64,000 nucleotides of DNA. It comes from Gallionella sp. (GTDB lineage: Bacteria; Pseudomonadota; Gammaproteobacteria; Burkholderiales; Gallionellaceae). Under the pieces are notes generated by a model. That model did not search any database, was not told the origin of the DNA, and saw only the letters and a list, made by a program, of their open reading frames with translations. Numbering within the stretch: the first letter of the stretch is position 1; each line of letters starts with the position of its first letter. The stretch covers positions 1,725-65,724 of the forward strand of contig JANXXH010000079.1 in NCBI GenBank assembly GCA_025350705.1. Direction: 5' to 3'. The position numbers and the translations under genes are program-made. This document shows positions 30,347 to 40,294 of the stretch, piece after piece.

Positions 30347-31279
30347 ATGTATAAAAAAATTCTGCTGCTGACTTTTGTGCTGTCCTTTGTCGCGGTGGTG
30401 TTCAGCGCCTACGCGCGGCTTTCCGATGCGGGGTTTGGATGTGCCGAATGGCCTGCCTGCTATAAGGAAAATGCGCTGAAGGAAAGACAGCCGCCCCAGG
30501 CCGATGTCGCGCGCGACCATACTTCGTGGCGGTGGAAGGTGCAGAACATGGTGGGGTTGCTGCTTGGAATTCTGGGTATCGCGCTCTGCGGCCTTGCGTG
30601 GCAGCAGCGCAAAGAATTGCGGCAATCACCTTTGCTGCCAACCGTGCTGTTGGGGATGATGGCATTTATGGCGGTATTCGGCATCTGGGCTTTTTCTCAT
30701 TTGCCGCGATCGGTGATCGTCCCGGTGCATCTTGCCGGAGGGAGTGCCACGCTGATCGTGCTGACGTGGCTCGTGTTGCGCCAGATGGCACCGGTTAAGA
30801 TGAGTGCAGACGTGATGAAGAGCTGGCGCGGATTTGCTTTGCTCGGCTTGGCGCTGGTGCTGAGCCAGATCATGCTGGGCGGTTGGGTAAGCGCCAATTT
30901 CGCCGGGCTGGCCTGCACCGAATTTCCGCTTTGCAAAGGCTCGCTGCTGCCGCCTATGGATTTTTCATTCGACCTGCAAAGATACGGACTGCCGCTTTCC
31001 GATGAGAAGCTTACGGCGATACACTTGATACACCGGCTCGGTGCGCTGCTCACCTTTCTCTACTTGAGCTGGTTGTCTTTCAAGATCCTCGCGGTGGAGG
31101 GGCTGCACAAGATCGGCAAGGCCATACTGGGATTGCTGGTGTTCCAGTTTGCGCTCGGTATCGCGAATGTGCTACTCAGCTTGCCGCTTGCGGGCGTAGT
31201 GCTGCACAACGCGGTGGCGATGCTGTTGCTGGTTACGCTGGTGATGCTGAATTACAGGCTTAAAGAATCGGGGACATGA
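30347..31279 (+). CDS. Divergent CtaA/COX15 paralog
   Basis: GFGCAEWPAC, PVHL, CTEFPLC, HLIHR, LHN retained; first ExxHR motif absent. Confidence 0.85.
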   Translation: MYKKILLLTFVLSFVAVVFSAYARLSDAGFGCAEWPACYKENALKERQPPQADVARDHTSWRWKVQNMVGLLLGILGIALCGLAWQQRKELRQSPLLPTVLLGMMAFMAVFGIWAFSHLPRSVIVPVHLAGGSATLIVLTWLVLRQMAPVKMSADVMKSWRGFALLGLALVLSQIMLGGWVSANFAGLACTEFPLCKGSLLPPMDFSFDLQRYGLPLSDEKLTAIHLIHRLGALLTFLYLSWLSFKILAVEGLHKIGKAILGLLVFQFALGIANVLLSLPLAGVVLHNAVAMLLLVTLVMLNYRLKESGT

Positions 31280-31358
31280 TCTATCCTTACTACTTGTAGC
31301 TGACACTCCGCTATAATTTGTTCCTGTCTTTTTTGTAGTCTTTTATCTTGGGGCGAAC

Positions 31359-33650
31359 ATGAACAAAATCGTGAAGTATGGTTTGTTGGGCGTGGGCGGC
31401 ATCGCTGCGGTTGCCGTGGCGGGAGTGGCCTATGTGGCGGCGACTTTCAATCCCAACGACTACAAGCCGCAGATCATCAAGGCGGTAAAAGACAACAAGC
31501 AGCGCACCCTCAAGCTCGATGGCGACATCAAGCTGACTTTCTTTCCCAGCATCGGTGCCAGCCTCGGCAAGATATCGTTGTCTGAATATAAAAGTGAACA
31601 GGAATTCGTCGCCATCGACAGCGCCCATGTCTCGCTGGCATTGTTGCCGCTGTTCTCCAAACAAGTGGTGGTGAACGAAGTCGCAATCAGCGGCGTGAAG
31701 GCAAAGTTGATCAAGCACAAGGACGGCAAGCTCAACATCGACGACCTGTTGTCCAAGGATGCAGCTCCGGCCCCGGATGCAATCAAAGTGGATGCAGGCA
31801 AACCAGCGGCACACGCCACACCTGCTGCTGGCGCACCGGTAAAGTTTGACATCGCTTCCGTGAGCCTGGACAAAACCGCATTGAGCTATCGCGACGAAGC
31901 CAGCGGGGCGCAATATGCGGTGAAAGACCTGAGCCTCAAGACCGGGCGCATCGCCAACGGCGTGCCGGGCAAGATCGAATTGAGCGTCGTCGTCCAGGCC
32001 AACCAGCCCAAGCTGGATATTGCAGTGCAACTGAAGACCACGCTCACCTTCGATCTGGAGAAGAGCCGTTATCATGCCGAGGGCATGGATCTGCAAGTCA
32101 AGGGCAGCGCGCTCGACATCCGCGATCTGAACGCAAAGGTCAATGGCGATGTCAACGCGAATCTGGGCACACAGGAATTCAGCGCGAAGAAATTATCGGC
32201 TAACGTATCCGGTATCAAGGGCAAAAATAATTTCGACGCCAAGCTGGATGCGCCCTCACTCAATCTGACCAAGGATAAATATTCCGGTGACAAGCTGACA
32301 TTGAACGCCAAGATGGACGGCGCCGTCGGCAACATCGTCGCGGCGCTTTCCGTGCCCGGCGTGGAAGGCAATGCACAGTCATTCAAGATCAGCGCACTGA
32401 CGCTGGATGCGGAAGTGAAACAACCCGAGCAGACTTTCAAAGTAAAACTTGCCACGCCGGTTGCGGGTAGTCTCGAATCCCAACAATTCAACATGCCCAA
32501 GCTGTCGCTGGCGGTGAACGCCACGGGCGACAAGTTGCCGAACAAATCCATCAGCAGTGAATTGAAAGGCAGCGTGCAGCTCGATACGAAGAAACAGAAC
32601 GTGGCGGTGAACCTCGCAGGCGGTTTGTTGCAAAGCCAGATCAAGGCCGATGTCGCGGTAAATAATTTCGATCATCCGGCCATTAAATTTAACGTGGAGG
32701 TGGATCAGTTCGATGCCGATCTCTATCTGCCGAAGAAAGCGGAAGGTGCTGCCGCACCAGCCGGCAAATCGGCGGGACCTGAGCAGCCGTTCGACCTCTC
32801 CGCATTGCGCGATCTCAACATCGACGGCAGCCTGCGCGTGGGCACGCTGAAAGCAGCGAACATCAAGACCGCGCAACTGCGCATCGACGTCAAGGCGCGC
32901 GACGGGCTGGTGAGCGTCAATCCGCTGTCGCTCAACCTGTATCAAGGCAGCGCCAAACTCAGCGCCATAGTGAATGCCACTCCGGCCAAGCCCACCTTCG
33001 CCATCAACGGCAATCTGACCGGCGTCAATATCGGAACGCTGGCCAAAGATGCGGCCAATCTCGACATCGTCGAGGGCAAGGGCAACATCACGCTCAACCT
33101 CACCACGCAGGGCAATCTGGTTAGCGCGTTGAAAAAAGAACTGGGCGGCAATGCGTCAGTCAATCTTGCGAATGGTGCGATCAAGGGCATCAACCTGTCC
33201 AAGCTGGTGCAGGGTGTGCAGTCGCTGGGCAAGAACAGTGGAGCGCAAACCATGGGCGTGAACAAGGACGAGAAAACCGACTTCAGCGAATTCAAGGCCA
33301 GCTTCAAGGTGAACAACGGCGTGGCGCACAACGACGACCTCAGCGTGAAAGCGCCGATGCTGCGCATCGCGGGGTCGGGCGACATCGACATCGGCAACGA
33401 AAGCCTCAATTACACCACCAAGGTCACGATGTCCAAGACCGAAGGCGGCGGCACTGGTACTTTGCCGGTGTATCTGAGCGGGCCTTTCACCGACCTGAAA
33501 TACAAGGTGGACTTTGGTGCGTTGGTGGCGGATGTCGCCAAGCAGAAGCTTGAGGCCAAGAAAGAAGAAGTGAAGGATAAAGTAAAGGAAGATGCCAAGG
33601 CAAAGTTGCAGGAAGAATTGAAGAGAGGTTTGAAAGGACTATTCAAGTGA
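31359..33650 (+). CDS. asmA: AsmA family protein
   Basis: N-terminal anchor, FNPNDYKPQI, beta-rich body, NGVAHNDDL; upstream of mutY. Confidence 0.9.
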   Translation: MNKIVKYGLLGVGGIAAVAVAGVAYVAATFNPNDYKPQIIKAVKDNKQRTLKLDGDIKLTFFPSIGASLGKISLSEYKSEQEFVAIDSAHVSLALLPLFSKQVVVNEVAISGVKAKLIKHKDGKLNIDDLLSKDAAPAPDAIKVDAGKPAAHATPAAGAPVKFDIASVSLDKTALSYRDEASGAQYAVKDLSLKTGRIANGVPGKIELSVVVQANQPKLDIAVQLKTTLTFDLEKSRYHAEGMDLQVKGSALDIRDLNAKVNGDVNANLGTQEFSAKKLSANVSGIKGKNNFDAKLDAPSLNLTKDKYSGDKLTLNAKMDGAVGNIVAALSVPGVEGNAQSFKISALTLDAEVKQPEQTFKVKLATPVAGSLESQQFNMPKLSLAVNATGDKLPNKSISSELKGSVQLDTKKQNVAVNLAGGLLQSQIKADVAVNNFDHPAIKFNVEVDQFDADLYLPKKAEGAAAPAGKSAGPEQPFDLSALRDLNIDGSLRVGTLKAANIKTAQLRIDVKARDGLVSVNPLSLNLYQGSAKLSAIVNATPAKPTFAINGNLTGVNIGTLAKDAANLDIVEGKGNITLNLTTQGNLVSALKKELGGNASVNLANGAIKGINLSKLVQGVQSLGKNSGAQTMGVNKDEKTDFSEFKASFKVNNGVAHNDDLSVKAPMLRIAGSGDIDIGNESLNYTTKVTMSKTEGGGTGTLPVYLSGPFTDLKYKVDFGALVADVAKQKLEAKKEEVKDKVKEDAKAKLQEELKRGLKGLFK

Positions 33651-33660
33651 TTGTTGGCAA

Positions 33661-33729
33661 TGTAGGAGCGGGCCATGCCCGCGAACCTATTGTTCAATGA
33701 CAAGCTCGCGGGCATGGCCCGCTCCTACA
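33661..33729. repeat. GTAG-type REP inverted pair
   Basis: TGTAGGAGCGGGCCATGCCCGCGA...TCGCGGGCATGGCCCGCTCCTACA. Confidence 0.85.
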
Positions 33730-34782
33730 ATGTATAGTTTTTCGTCCCGCCTCATCCGTTGGCAAAAACAGCACGGACGCCACGACCTGCCGTGGCAACG
33801 CGCGGACGCCTATCATGTTTGGCTGTCCGAGATCATGCTGCAACAGACGCAGGTCGCCACCGTCATCCCGTATTATCTGCGCTTCATCGCATCGTATCCC
33901 ACCCTCACCGCACTCGCCGATGCATCAGAAGAACAAGTGCTTGCGCACTGGAGCGGCCTTGGCTATTACGCGCGCGGGCGCAACCTGCATCGCACCGCAA
34001 AGATCATCGTGGAAAAACATCGCGGCGAATTCCCGCGTGAGTTTGAACAGATAATCGAACTGCCGGGTATCGGACGTTCTACAGCAGCAGCGATCTGCGC
34101 ACTGGCTTACCACGAACGACACGCGATACTGGATGGCAACGTCAAGCGCGTGCTGGCGCGTTATTGCGGCATCAGTGGGTCACCCAGCGTTAAGTTCGTG
34201 GAAGCACAGCTCTGGCAGCAGGCCGAAACCTTGTTGCCGCAAAGCGATATTGCCAGTTACATACAAGCACAGATGGATCTGGGTGCGACGTTGTGCACGC
34301 GCAGCAAGCCAAAGTGCGGTGAGTGCCCGGTGAGAAGTGATTGCGTCGCGTTTCAAAGCGGAAGAGTGAACGAGCTGCCCGCGTCGCGTTCGCGCAAGAA
34401 TGTGCCGGAAAGACACACTACATTTTTATTGTTGATGCATTGTAATGACATCCTGCTGGAGAAGCGGCCCGGCAGCGGCATCTGGGGCGGGTTGTGGTGT
34501 CCGCCGCAGTTTGATGATGAGGTTGCGGCAAGGGATTGGTTCTTGCGAAATGGAATGGATGCGAGTCATGGGGAAAGGCTGGAGACTTTCTCCCACATCT
34601 TTACTCATTTCAAATTGCACATCACGCCGCTGAAGATTCAGCTTGCGCGAAAACCTTTGCGTGCTGCGGAGGCGGGGAGTGTTTGGTTGAACGAGGGGGA
34701 GGCGTTGCGGGCGGCGATACCGACGCCGGTGCGTTCGGTGTTGAAAAAAATATGCCGGGCAACCCCCAGTAAACTCTACTGA
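33730..34782 (+). CDS. mutY: A/G-specific adenine glycosylase
   Basis: WLSEIMLQQTQV, LPGIGRST, DGNVKR, C-x6-C-x2-C-x5-C. Confidence 0.96.
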   Translation: MYSFSSRLIRWQKQHGRHDLPWQRADAYHVWLSEIMLQQTQVATVIPYYLRFIASYPTLTALADASEEQVLAHWSGLGYYARGRNLHRTAKIIVEKHRGEFPREFEQIIELPGIGRSTAAAICALAYHERHAILDGNVKRVLARYCGISGSPSVKFVEAQLWQQAETLLPQSDIASYIQAQMDLGATLCTRSKPKCGECPVRSDCVAFQSGRVNELPASRSRKNVPERHTTFLLLMHCNDILLEKRPGSGIWGGLWCPPQFDDEVAARDWFLRNGMDASHGERLETFSHIFTHFKLHITPLKIQLARKPLRAAEAGSVWLNEGEALRAAIPTPVRSVLKKICRATPSKLY

Positions 34783-35264
34783 ATCCGCACAATTTCAACA
34801 CCTCTTGTCCTTGCGACTTGTTGCGTGGCGCTAACGATTTCCTGGTTGACCGTATCGTCCGGTTCAGCTGCGGGTGGAAATTTTTCCAATACTTTACTGG
34901 AGAACTCGCTGATGGTTTGCAGGTGGTCGCTATTGACGGCAGGGGCTGTTGCCTGAAAGTACAACATTCCATTGCGCTTGGTGATCGCCAGCAAATAAGC
35001 CGCATGGCCATGCGCGGTGACGTGTGTATCCTGAACTTCGAAGAATTGCGTTGTGCTGTTTCCTACATCACCGGAGGATTCAAGCAAGCGTTGTGCGATA
35101 GCTTCGACAAGTGGCTGCGCCAGATTGAGATTGGGCGCGAGCAAGGCATGGTATTTTCCGGGGCGCTCGATGACCAAGGGATTATTCAGTGGAGGTGTTT
35201 TACCCGGGCGAAAATAAAATATATACAACAAGAACAGAGTGATTATGGTCAGGGTTTCTATCAT
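34776..35264 (-). CDS. Hypothetical protein with N-terminal TM helix
   Basis: 162-aa ORF with AAGGA upstream. Confidence 0.7.
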   Translation of the reverse strand: MIETLTIITLFLLYIFYFRPGKTPPLNNPLVIERPGKYHALLAPNLNLAQPLVEAIAQRLLESSGDVGNSTTQFFEVQDTHVTAHGHAAYLLAITKRNGMLYFQATAPAVNSDHLQTISEFSSKVLEKFPPAAEPDDTVNQEIVSATQQVARTRGVEIVRIQ

Positions 35265-35340
35265 GCTGGGTGCGTTCCTTCGGGATGAGTTTTATTTGAT
35301 GCGAGGTATCAATTTTACATGCATAAGGAGGATTAAAGAA

Positions 35341-35590
35341 AACTTCGCCGGGTTTGCCCGGCGGCAAGCTACTTTCTTTTGCTTCGCCAAAAAGAAAGTA
35401 ACCAAAGAAAAGGCGACCCCGGTTTGCCGCCCCTGCGGGGTACCCTCGATCAGACGCAAGCAAGCGGGGCTGCGCAACTCGCACGATCCGCTGCGCGGCC
35501 ACGTGCTCAAACAGTGCTCGCCCAACCCCACCGCTCGTTCGCGTCTGATCGAGGCGGCGCTCAGGGGATAAAAAATCAAAATCCTAAACC
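35341..35590 (+). repeat. MITE-like repeat, copy 1
   Basis: AACTTCGCCGG..CTTTCTTTTGCTTCGCCAAAAAGAAAGTAACCAAAGAAAAGGCGACCCC..GCCGCCCCTGCGGGGTACCCT. Confidence 0.85.
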
Positions 35591-35624
35591 CACCGTGTGG
35601 GCACTTCGTGCCCATCCTATCGAA

Positions 35625-36297
35625 CTACAGCTCACGTTCACGCCAACCCAGCTCCTTTAAAACAAAGAAGAACTCGAAGTTCCCATAGATATTTATTACA
35701 AAAACTATGTCAGCAGTTTTTACGCCTGCAAAGCAGTAGCGGACGGTATTGTTATTGATGGCGTGAATTTTTGCGCGCCCAAGATTTTCATACATTCTTT
35801 TTTGAAAGTTCAGGATGAATGACATCTGGATGGAACACACTTATTTCGTAGTGCTCTATTAGCACCTTGCCGCAATGTTGGTAGAAAAGAGCCTTCACAA
35901 TCCGTTCAATTGCGCCCATTAGGGACTCGTTCAATTCTGTTGGCAGTTTGAACACTCCAGCTCGAACAGTATTTCCATTTGCTGCTATAAAATTTTCAAT
36001 TCTAGTGTTCTCATTCACTAACCGTAAAAGCCGCTGATTTTTTGAAAGAGTTGAATCAACGCTCTCACGAAGTTCTTTTGACCAAGGCGCATCAGCAATT
36101 TGCCCGATGCAAACTTTCAGAAGCTCATCAACAACATTGGAAGAATTATTGCATTCTGCACAGGCAGCTACCGTATTTAGGTTTCCTGCAAGATGCCTTA
36201 TGGACTTTGGATAGAGTGCTTGCTGAGGAAGATGCTCTCTAGTCAAAGGCCTGACTTCGCCACAGATTTGGCACTTCCCTTCCTTGGCCGCCATCAT
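35625..36297 (-). pseudogene. HNH endonuclease-like gene, apparently frameshifted at an A6 run (35798-35803)
   Basis: CQIC..TREHL..ACAECN; removing one A joins 35788-36324 to 35625-35840; low GC; start uncertain. Confidence 0.7.
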
Positions 36298-36394
36298 ATT
36301 TATCATAGAATGAAATGCAAGCAATGTACCGTAGCTGAATTGTTTTGCCTATCTGCTTTGGTATAGTGGGCAACTTGTTGTCCACCCGATGTTC

Positions 36395-36628
36395 GGTTTT
36401 AGGTTTTTGTTTTTTCCTCCCCTGTGCGCCGCCGAGTAGCGGAGGCTGGTCAGGGGATTTCGGCGAGGACTGTCTGAGCACGCAGTGCGAGTTCCGCAGC
36501 CGCCTGATCAGTTGAGCAACGCAGGGTACCCCGCAGGGGCGGCAAACTGGGGTCGCCTTTTCTTTGGTTACTTTATTTTGGCGAAGCAAAAGAAAGTGAC
36601 TAGCTGCCGGTCTACCACCGGCGAAGTT
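36395..36628 (-). repeat. MITE-like repeat, copy 2 (inverted)
   Basis: Reverse complement matches 35341-35590, diverging in the distal hairpins. Confidence 0.85.
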
Positions 36629-36637
36629 GATCTTGAT

Positions 36638-36675
36638 TGTTGGGTTACGCGATAAAGCTGCTAACCCAACCTACG
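36638..36675 (-). repeat. GTAG-type REP
   Basis: Minus strand CGTAGGTTGGGTTAGC...GTAACCCAACA. Confidence 0.7.
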
Positions 36676-36692
36676 CGCAACCCCCAACAACC

Positions 36693-37292
36693 TCACTCTC
36701 CCCACTTCTTCATCAACTCCTGCTTCACCCCAAGATGATCCAATATCCTCGCTACCACAAAATCCACAATATCCTGCACGCTCTGCGGATGATGATAGAA
36801 CCCCGTATTGGGCGGCATGATGACCGCACCTGCGTGAGAGAGCTTGAGCATGTTCTCCAGATGGATCGCGGAGAAGGGCATCTCGCGCGGCACCAAGATC
36901 AGCGTGCGCTTTTCCTTGATCATCACATCGGCGGCACGTGCGATCAGATCATCACTGATGCCACCCGCGATCTTGCCAAGTGTACCCATCGTGCAGGGGC
37001 AGACTACCATCGCGTCGCCGGGGTTGGAGCCGGAGGCCATCGGTGCGTACCAATCCTGGATGCCGAACACTTTTAATTCGCCACTGAATTTTCCAAAGCG
37101 TTCATTGAGCATCTGCTCTGCATCCTGCGGGCGGTTAGGCAATGTGAAATCGAGTTCCTGTTTTGCGACGATCTGCGCGGCTTGGGAATATATAAGATGA
37201 ACACGCTGTCCGCTTTGCAGCAGGCATTCGAGCAGTCGCATGCCGTAAGGCAGGCCGGATGCGCCGGTGAAGGCGAGTGTGATTGTTTTCAT
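36693..37292 (-). CDS. ubiX: Flavin prenyltransferase
   Basis: TGASG, ASGS, PCTMGTL, RAADV.IKE, PRE.P. Confidence 0.95.
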   Translation of the reverse strand: MKTITLAFTGASGLPYGMRLLECLLQSGQRVHLIYSQAAQIVAKQELDFTLPNRPQDAEQMLNERFGKFSGELKVFGIQDWYAPMASGSNPGDAMVVCPCTMGTLGKIAGGISDDLIARAADVMIKEKRTLILVPREMPFSAIHLENMLKLSHAGAVIMPPNTGFYHHPQSVQDIVDFVVARILDHLGVKQELMKKWGE

Positions 37293-37342
37293 ACGCGTGT
37301 CGTTAGATGTCATGGGGTCTGATTATCCCCGAAAAAACCGCT

Positions 37343-37414
37343 GTCCACGAAATACACGAAAAGCACGAAATGTTACGCTGGAAATTTTTCGTGTCTTTCG
37401 TGATTTTCGTGGAC
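37343..37414. repeat. CACGAA-type palindromic repeat overlapping a gene end
   Basis: GTCCACGAAATACACGAAAAGCACGAAA...TTTCGTGTCTTTCGTGATTTTCGTGGAC. Confidence 0.75.
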
Positions 37415-37933
37415 CAATGTTTTTTTATCTTCCATGAATCGCGCCGCGATCAATCCGTTTACCGTACCGAACACCAGCGCGGCGGTGGCGAAGACTGGGA
37501 TCAGGTAGGCGATGCCGGCATGCGGGATCAGCCACAAATACACGACCAGCATCTGCCCTGTGATGTGCGCGAAGGCGGCGTAGATGCTGTGGCTGACCGG
37601 GCCGAACCAGCGCGTTGGCAAATGCTGTGCAAAAGCCAGCACGATCAAACTGAGCACTGCGCCGGACAGGCTGAGAAAAAATCCCGGGGTTAAAAAATTT
37701 CCGAACAGTAAGCTGCCCGCCACGACGCGCAACAACGATACCCATACAGCGGTGCGCCAGCCGTAACGGGCCAGCACGATCAGCGTGACGATGTTGGCCA
37801 GCCCCGGCTTGACGCCGGGCAACGGGGAGGGGATGGCGCTCTCCAGTATCGTCAGGCCGAGCGCGACTGCTGCCATGTGCGCGATGTGATGGTCTTCGGA
37901 AGTGGTGTTTAATTTAATAGTTGAGGCTGTCAT
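37373..37933 (-). CDS. Gx transporter family (heptaprenyl diphosphate synthase component I-like)
   Basis: ESAIPSPLPGVKPGLANI, SLSG, AHITGQ. Confidence 0.85.
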   Translation of the reverse strand: MTASTIKLNTTSEDHHIAHMAAVALGLTILESAIPSPLPGVKPGLANIVTLIVLARYGWRTAVWVSLLRVVAGSLLFGNFLTPGFFLSLSGAVLSLIVLAFAQHLPTRWFGPVSHSIYAAFAHITGQMLVVYLWLIPHAGIAYLIPVFATAALVFGTVNGLIAARFMEDKKTLVHENHERHEKFPA

Positions 37934-38294
37934 ATTTTCTTTTGCTGCCTATTAACTCAACGCTTACTTGATTAGGTAAGCATAACGCGATTTCGCCAGC
38001 CTGTTGCAGCCAGCCCTGGCGCACGCAGTATTGTCTGGGGCTGGGGTCGGAGGCGATGCGCGCTTTGCGATCATGAATGGAGATGATGCTGACGCCAAGC
38101 GGGCCGGGCACTTCGATCTGCTGGTCGGGCGACAGCGGCACTTCACGGAATATCTTGCCGCCGCCGCGTATGACGGCTTTGTCGGCAAGGTCGCCGTTCC
38201 ATAGTTTGAGTGTCAGCAGTGCCACGAAAATGCTGCCCAGCAGCAGCGTTAGCCAGTCACCGGGTTTGATGTGCTGCAATGCTGCACTGAACAT
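37914..38294 (-). CDS. NusG domain II (DUF1312)-containing membrane-anchored protein
   Basis: N-terminal TM helix, GPLG, SP..YCVRQGW..ALCLPN. Confidence 0.85.
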   Translation of the reverse strand: MFSAALQHIKPGDWLTLLLGSIFVALLTLKLWNGDLADKAVIRGGGKIFREVPLSPDQQIEVPGPLGVSIISIHDRKARIASDPSPRQYCVRQGWLQQAGEIALCLPNQVSVELIGSKRKYDSLNY

Positions 38295-38297
38295 GGC

Positions 38298-39137
38298 TTA
38301 TTGCGTTAGTGCGCGATGGCGCACCAGCATTTGTTGCTGATGTTCGAAATATCGCGCGAGCTTTTCTGCCAGATATACCGAGCGGTGCTGTCCGCCGGTG
38401 CAACCGATGGCAACGGTCAGATAACTGCGATTGTCCGCGATGAAACTGGGCAGCCAGCGTTCTATGAAATCACGGATATCGCCAAACATATCCTGTGTAC
38501 TGGGAGTGCTGTCCAGAAATTCGATCACCGCCGCATCGCGGCCGGTAAGTGGTTGCAGCACTGGGTTGTAGTACGGATTGGGCAGGCAGCGCACATCGAA
38601 CACAAAATCCGCATCCATCGGAATACCGTGTTTGTAACCGAATGATTCGAACAACAGTGTCAGCCGCGCGCGATCCAGTTTGATGAATTGTTTTATCCAG
38701 GCGCGCAGGGAATTGGCATTAAGCTCGGTGGTGTCGATATGGTGTCCGATGTCGCTGATCTCGGCGAGCAGTTCGCGTTCGTGTTTGACGCATTCCGGCA
38801 AGGTGCGAACCCCGTCACTGAGCGGGTGCAGACGGCGAGTTTCGGAAAAGCGTTTGACCAGCGTGTCGGTCTGCGCATCCAGAAATAAAACATGGACGTC
38901 CACGTTTTGCTGTTTGATTTTCTGCAAAAGCGAAGGCAGGCGCTGTACGCTGTTGGCACTGCGCACATCTACGCTGACGGCAATGCTGTTGTAACCAGCA
39001 TGCTGCAAATGTTCAACCAGTGTCGCAAGCAAGTCGGCGGGCAGATTGTCCACACAGTAATAACCGCTGTCTTCCAGCACTTTGAGTGCGACGCTTTTGC
39101 CGGAGCCGGATAAACCACTGATCAGGAATAGTTGCAC
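38298..39137 (-). CDS. rapZ: RNase adapter RapZ
   Basis: [31 protein letters not shown]; GTG start 39137. Confidence 0.96.
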   Translation of the reverse strand: MQLFLISGLSGSGKSVALKVLEDSGYYCVDNLPADLLATLVEHLQHAGYNSIAVSVDVRSANSVQRLPSLLQKIKQQNVDVHVLFLDAQTDTLVKRFSETRRLHPLSDGVRTLPECVKHERELLAEISDIGHHIDTTELNANSLRAWIKQFIKLDRARLTLLFESFGYKHGIPMDADFVFDVRCLPNPYYNPVLQPLTGRDAAVIEFLDSTPSTQDMFGDIRDFIERWLPSFIADNRSYLTVAIGCTGGQHRSVYLAEKLARYFEHQQQMLVRHRALTQ

Positions 39138-39150
39138 CTTCGGCTCCTGT

Positions 39151-40089
39151 TTAATCTTCCAGCAGCAGTTGGTCGTGTCGCGAGATGAACTCCTGCATGC
39201 TGTCGATGCCGCGCTGTTGCAGCACAAAGTTGCGCGCTGCTGCTTCTACCAGCACTGCCAGGTTGCGTCCGGCGACCACCGGGATATTGACTGTGCTGAT
39301 GTTCACGCCGAGGATATCCTGATGCGTGGCATTAAGCGGCAGGCGTTCGATTTGCGACAAGTCGCCACCGGGCGGGCGATGCAAGTGTACGATGAGCTTC
39401 AAGCTTTTTTTTCGACGCACGGCGGTTTCGCCGAACATCGTGCGGATATTCAGCACGCCCAGGCCGCGCACCTCGAGAAAATCGCGCAACAACTCAGGGC
39501 AGCGGCCATCCAGTGTATCCGGTGCGACGCGATGCAATTCGACGATGTCATCGGCGACCAATCCGTTGCCGCGCGAGATAAGCTCCAGCCCGAGTTCACT
39601 TTTGCCGACTGCGCTCTCGCCGGTGATCATCACGCCGACGCCAAGCACGTCGAGAAACACGCCGTGGCGTGTAGTGGATGCCGCCAGTTCCTTGGCGAGA
39701 TAGTGGCGGACCAGCCACATCAGATGCACGCTGGGTTTGGGCGAGGCGAACAGTGGAATGTGCGACCGGTTGGCAAAATCGATGAGTTCAGCTGGTATGT
39801 CGGATGTGCCGGCCACGATCAAACAGGTCGTACCGCTTTGCTCGATCTGGTGAAACGCATCGTTGCGCTGTTCCGTGCTGAGATTGCGCAGATAATCCAG
39901 CTCGGTCTCACTCAGTACCTGCACCCAGTTCGGGTGGATCAGGTTGAGATGGCCGATGAGTCCTTTGTTGGTGGCGTCGACATCATCGTTGTTGATGATG
40001 CGATCGGTGCCATCCGCTCCGGCAACGCGGCTGAGTTGCAGCCGTTCCTGCTTATCCTCAAATAGTTGCCGTACATTAACCTGACTCAT
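39151..40089 (-). CDS. hprK: HPr kinase/phosphorylase
   Basis: [22 protein letters not shown]. Confidence 0.96.
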   Translation of the reverse strand: MSQVNVRQLFEDKQERLQLSRVAGADGTDRIINNDDVDATNKGLIGHLNLIHPNWVQVLSETELDYLRNLSTEQRNDAFHQIEQSGTTCLIVAGTSDIPAELIDFANRSHIPLFASPKPSVHLMWLVRHYLAKELAASTTRHGVFLDVLGVGVMITGESAVGKSELGLELISRGNGLVADDIVELHRVAPDTLDGRCPELLRDFLEVRGLGVLNIRTMFGETAVRRKKSLKLIVHLHRPPGGDLSQIERLPLNATHQDILGVNISTVNIPVVAGRNLAVLVEAAARNFVLQQRGIDSMQEFISRHDQLLLED

Positions 40090-40294
40090 TAGAAAACCTC
40101 TTTAAATCTACTGCGCGATTCGATACACCCGCAAGGAGTAGGCCGGTGAGTGCCCGGCGGCAATGTTGCCGCCACCCTTCCGCTCGCGGCGTTGCGCAGT
40201 GCTCGCTCCTCGCCTACCCATTCGGTATGTCTCGTACGCTGTGCTCCGGGCGCCTTGCTCTCGCACCGCTCGCTACGATTTAAAGCGGTTCTCA
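40090..40294. mobile_element. MITE with terminal inverted repeats: module C (40127-40185) nested in module B
   Basis: AGAAAACCTCTTTAAATC / GATTTAAAGCGGTTCT ends; internal segments recur at 1912 and 55065. Confidence 0.78.

Noticed and set aside
35200-35660. Several short ORFs here and at 36239-36589
   Set aside because: Translations of the MITE-like repeats
35797-35803. A-AAA-AAG programmed -1 frameshift
   Set aside because: The plausible continuation needs a +1 shift; the -1 frame stops after about 25 codons
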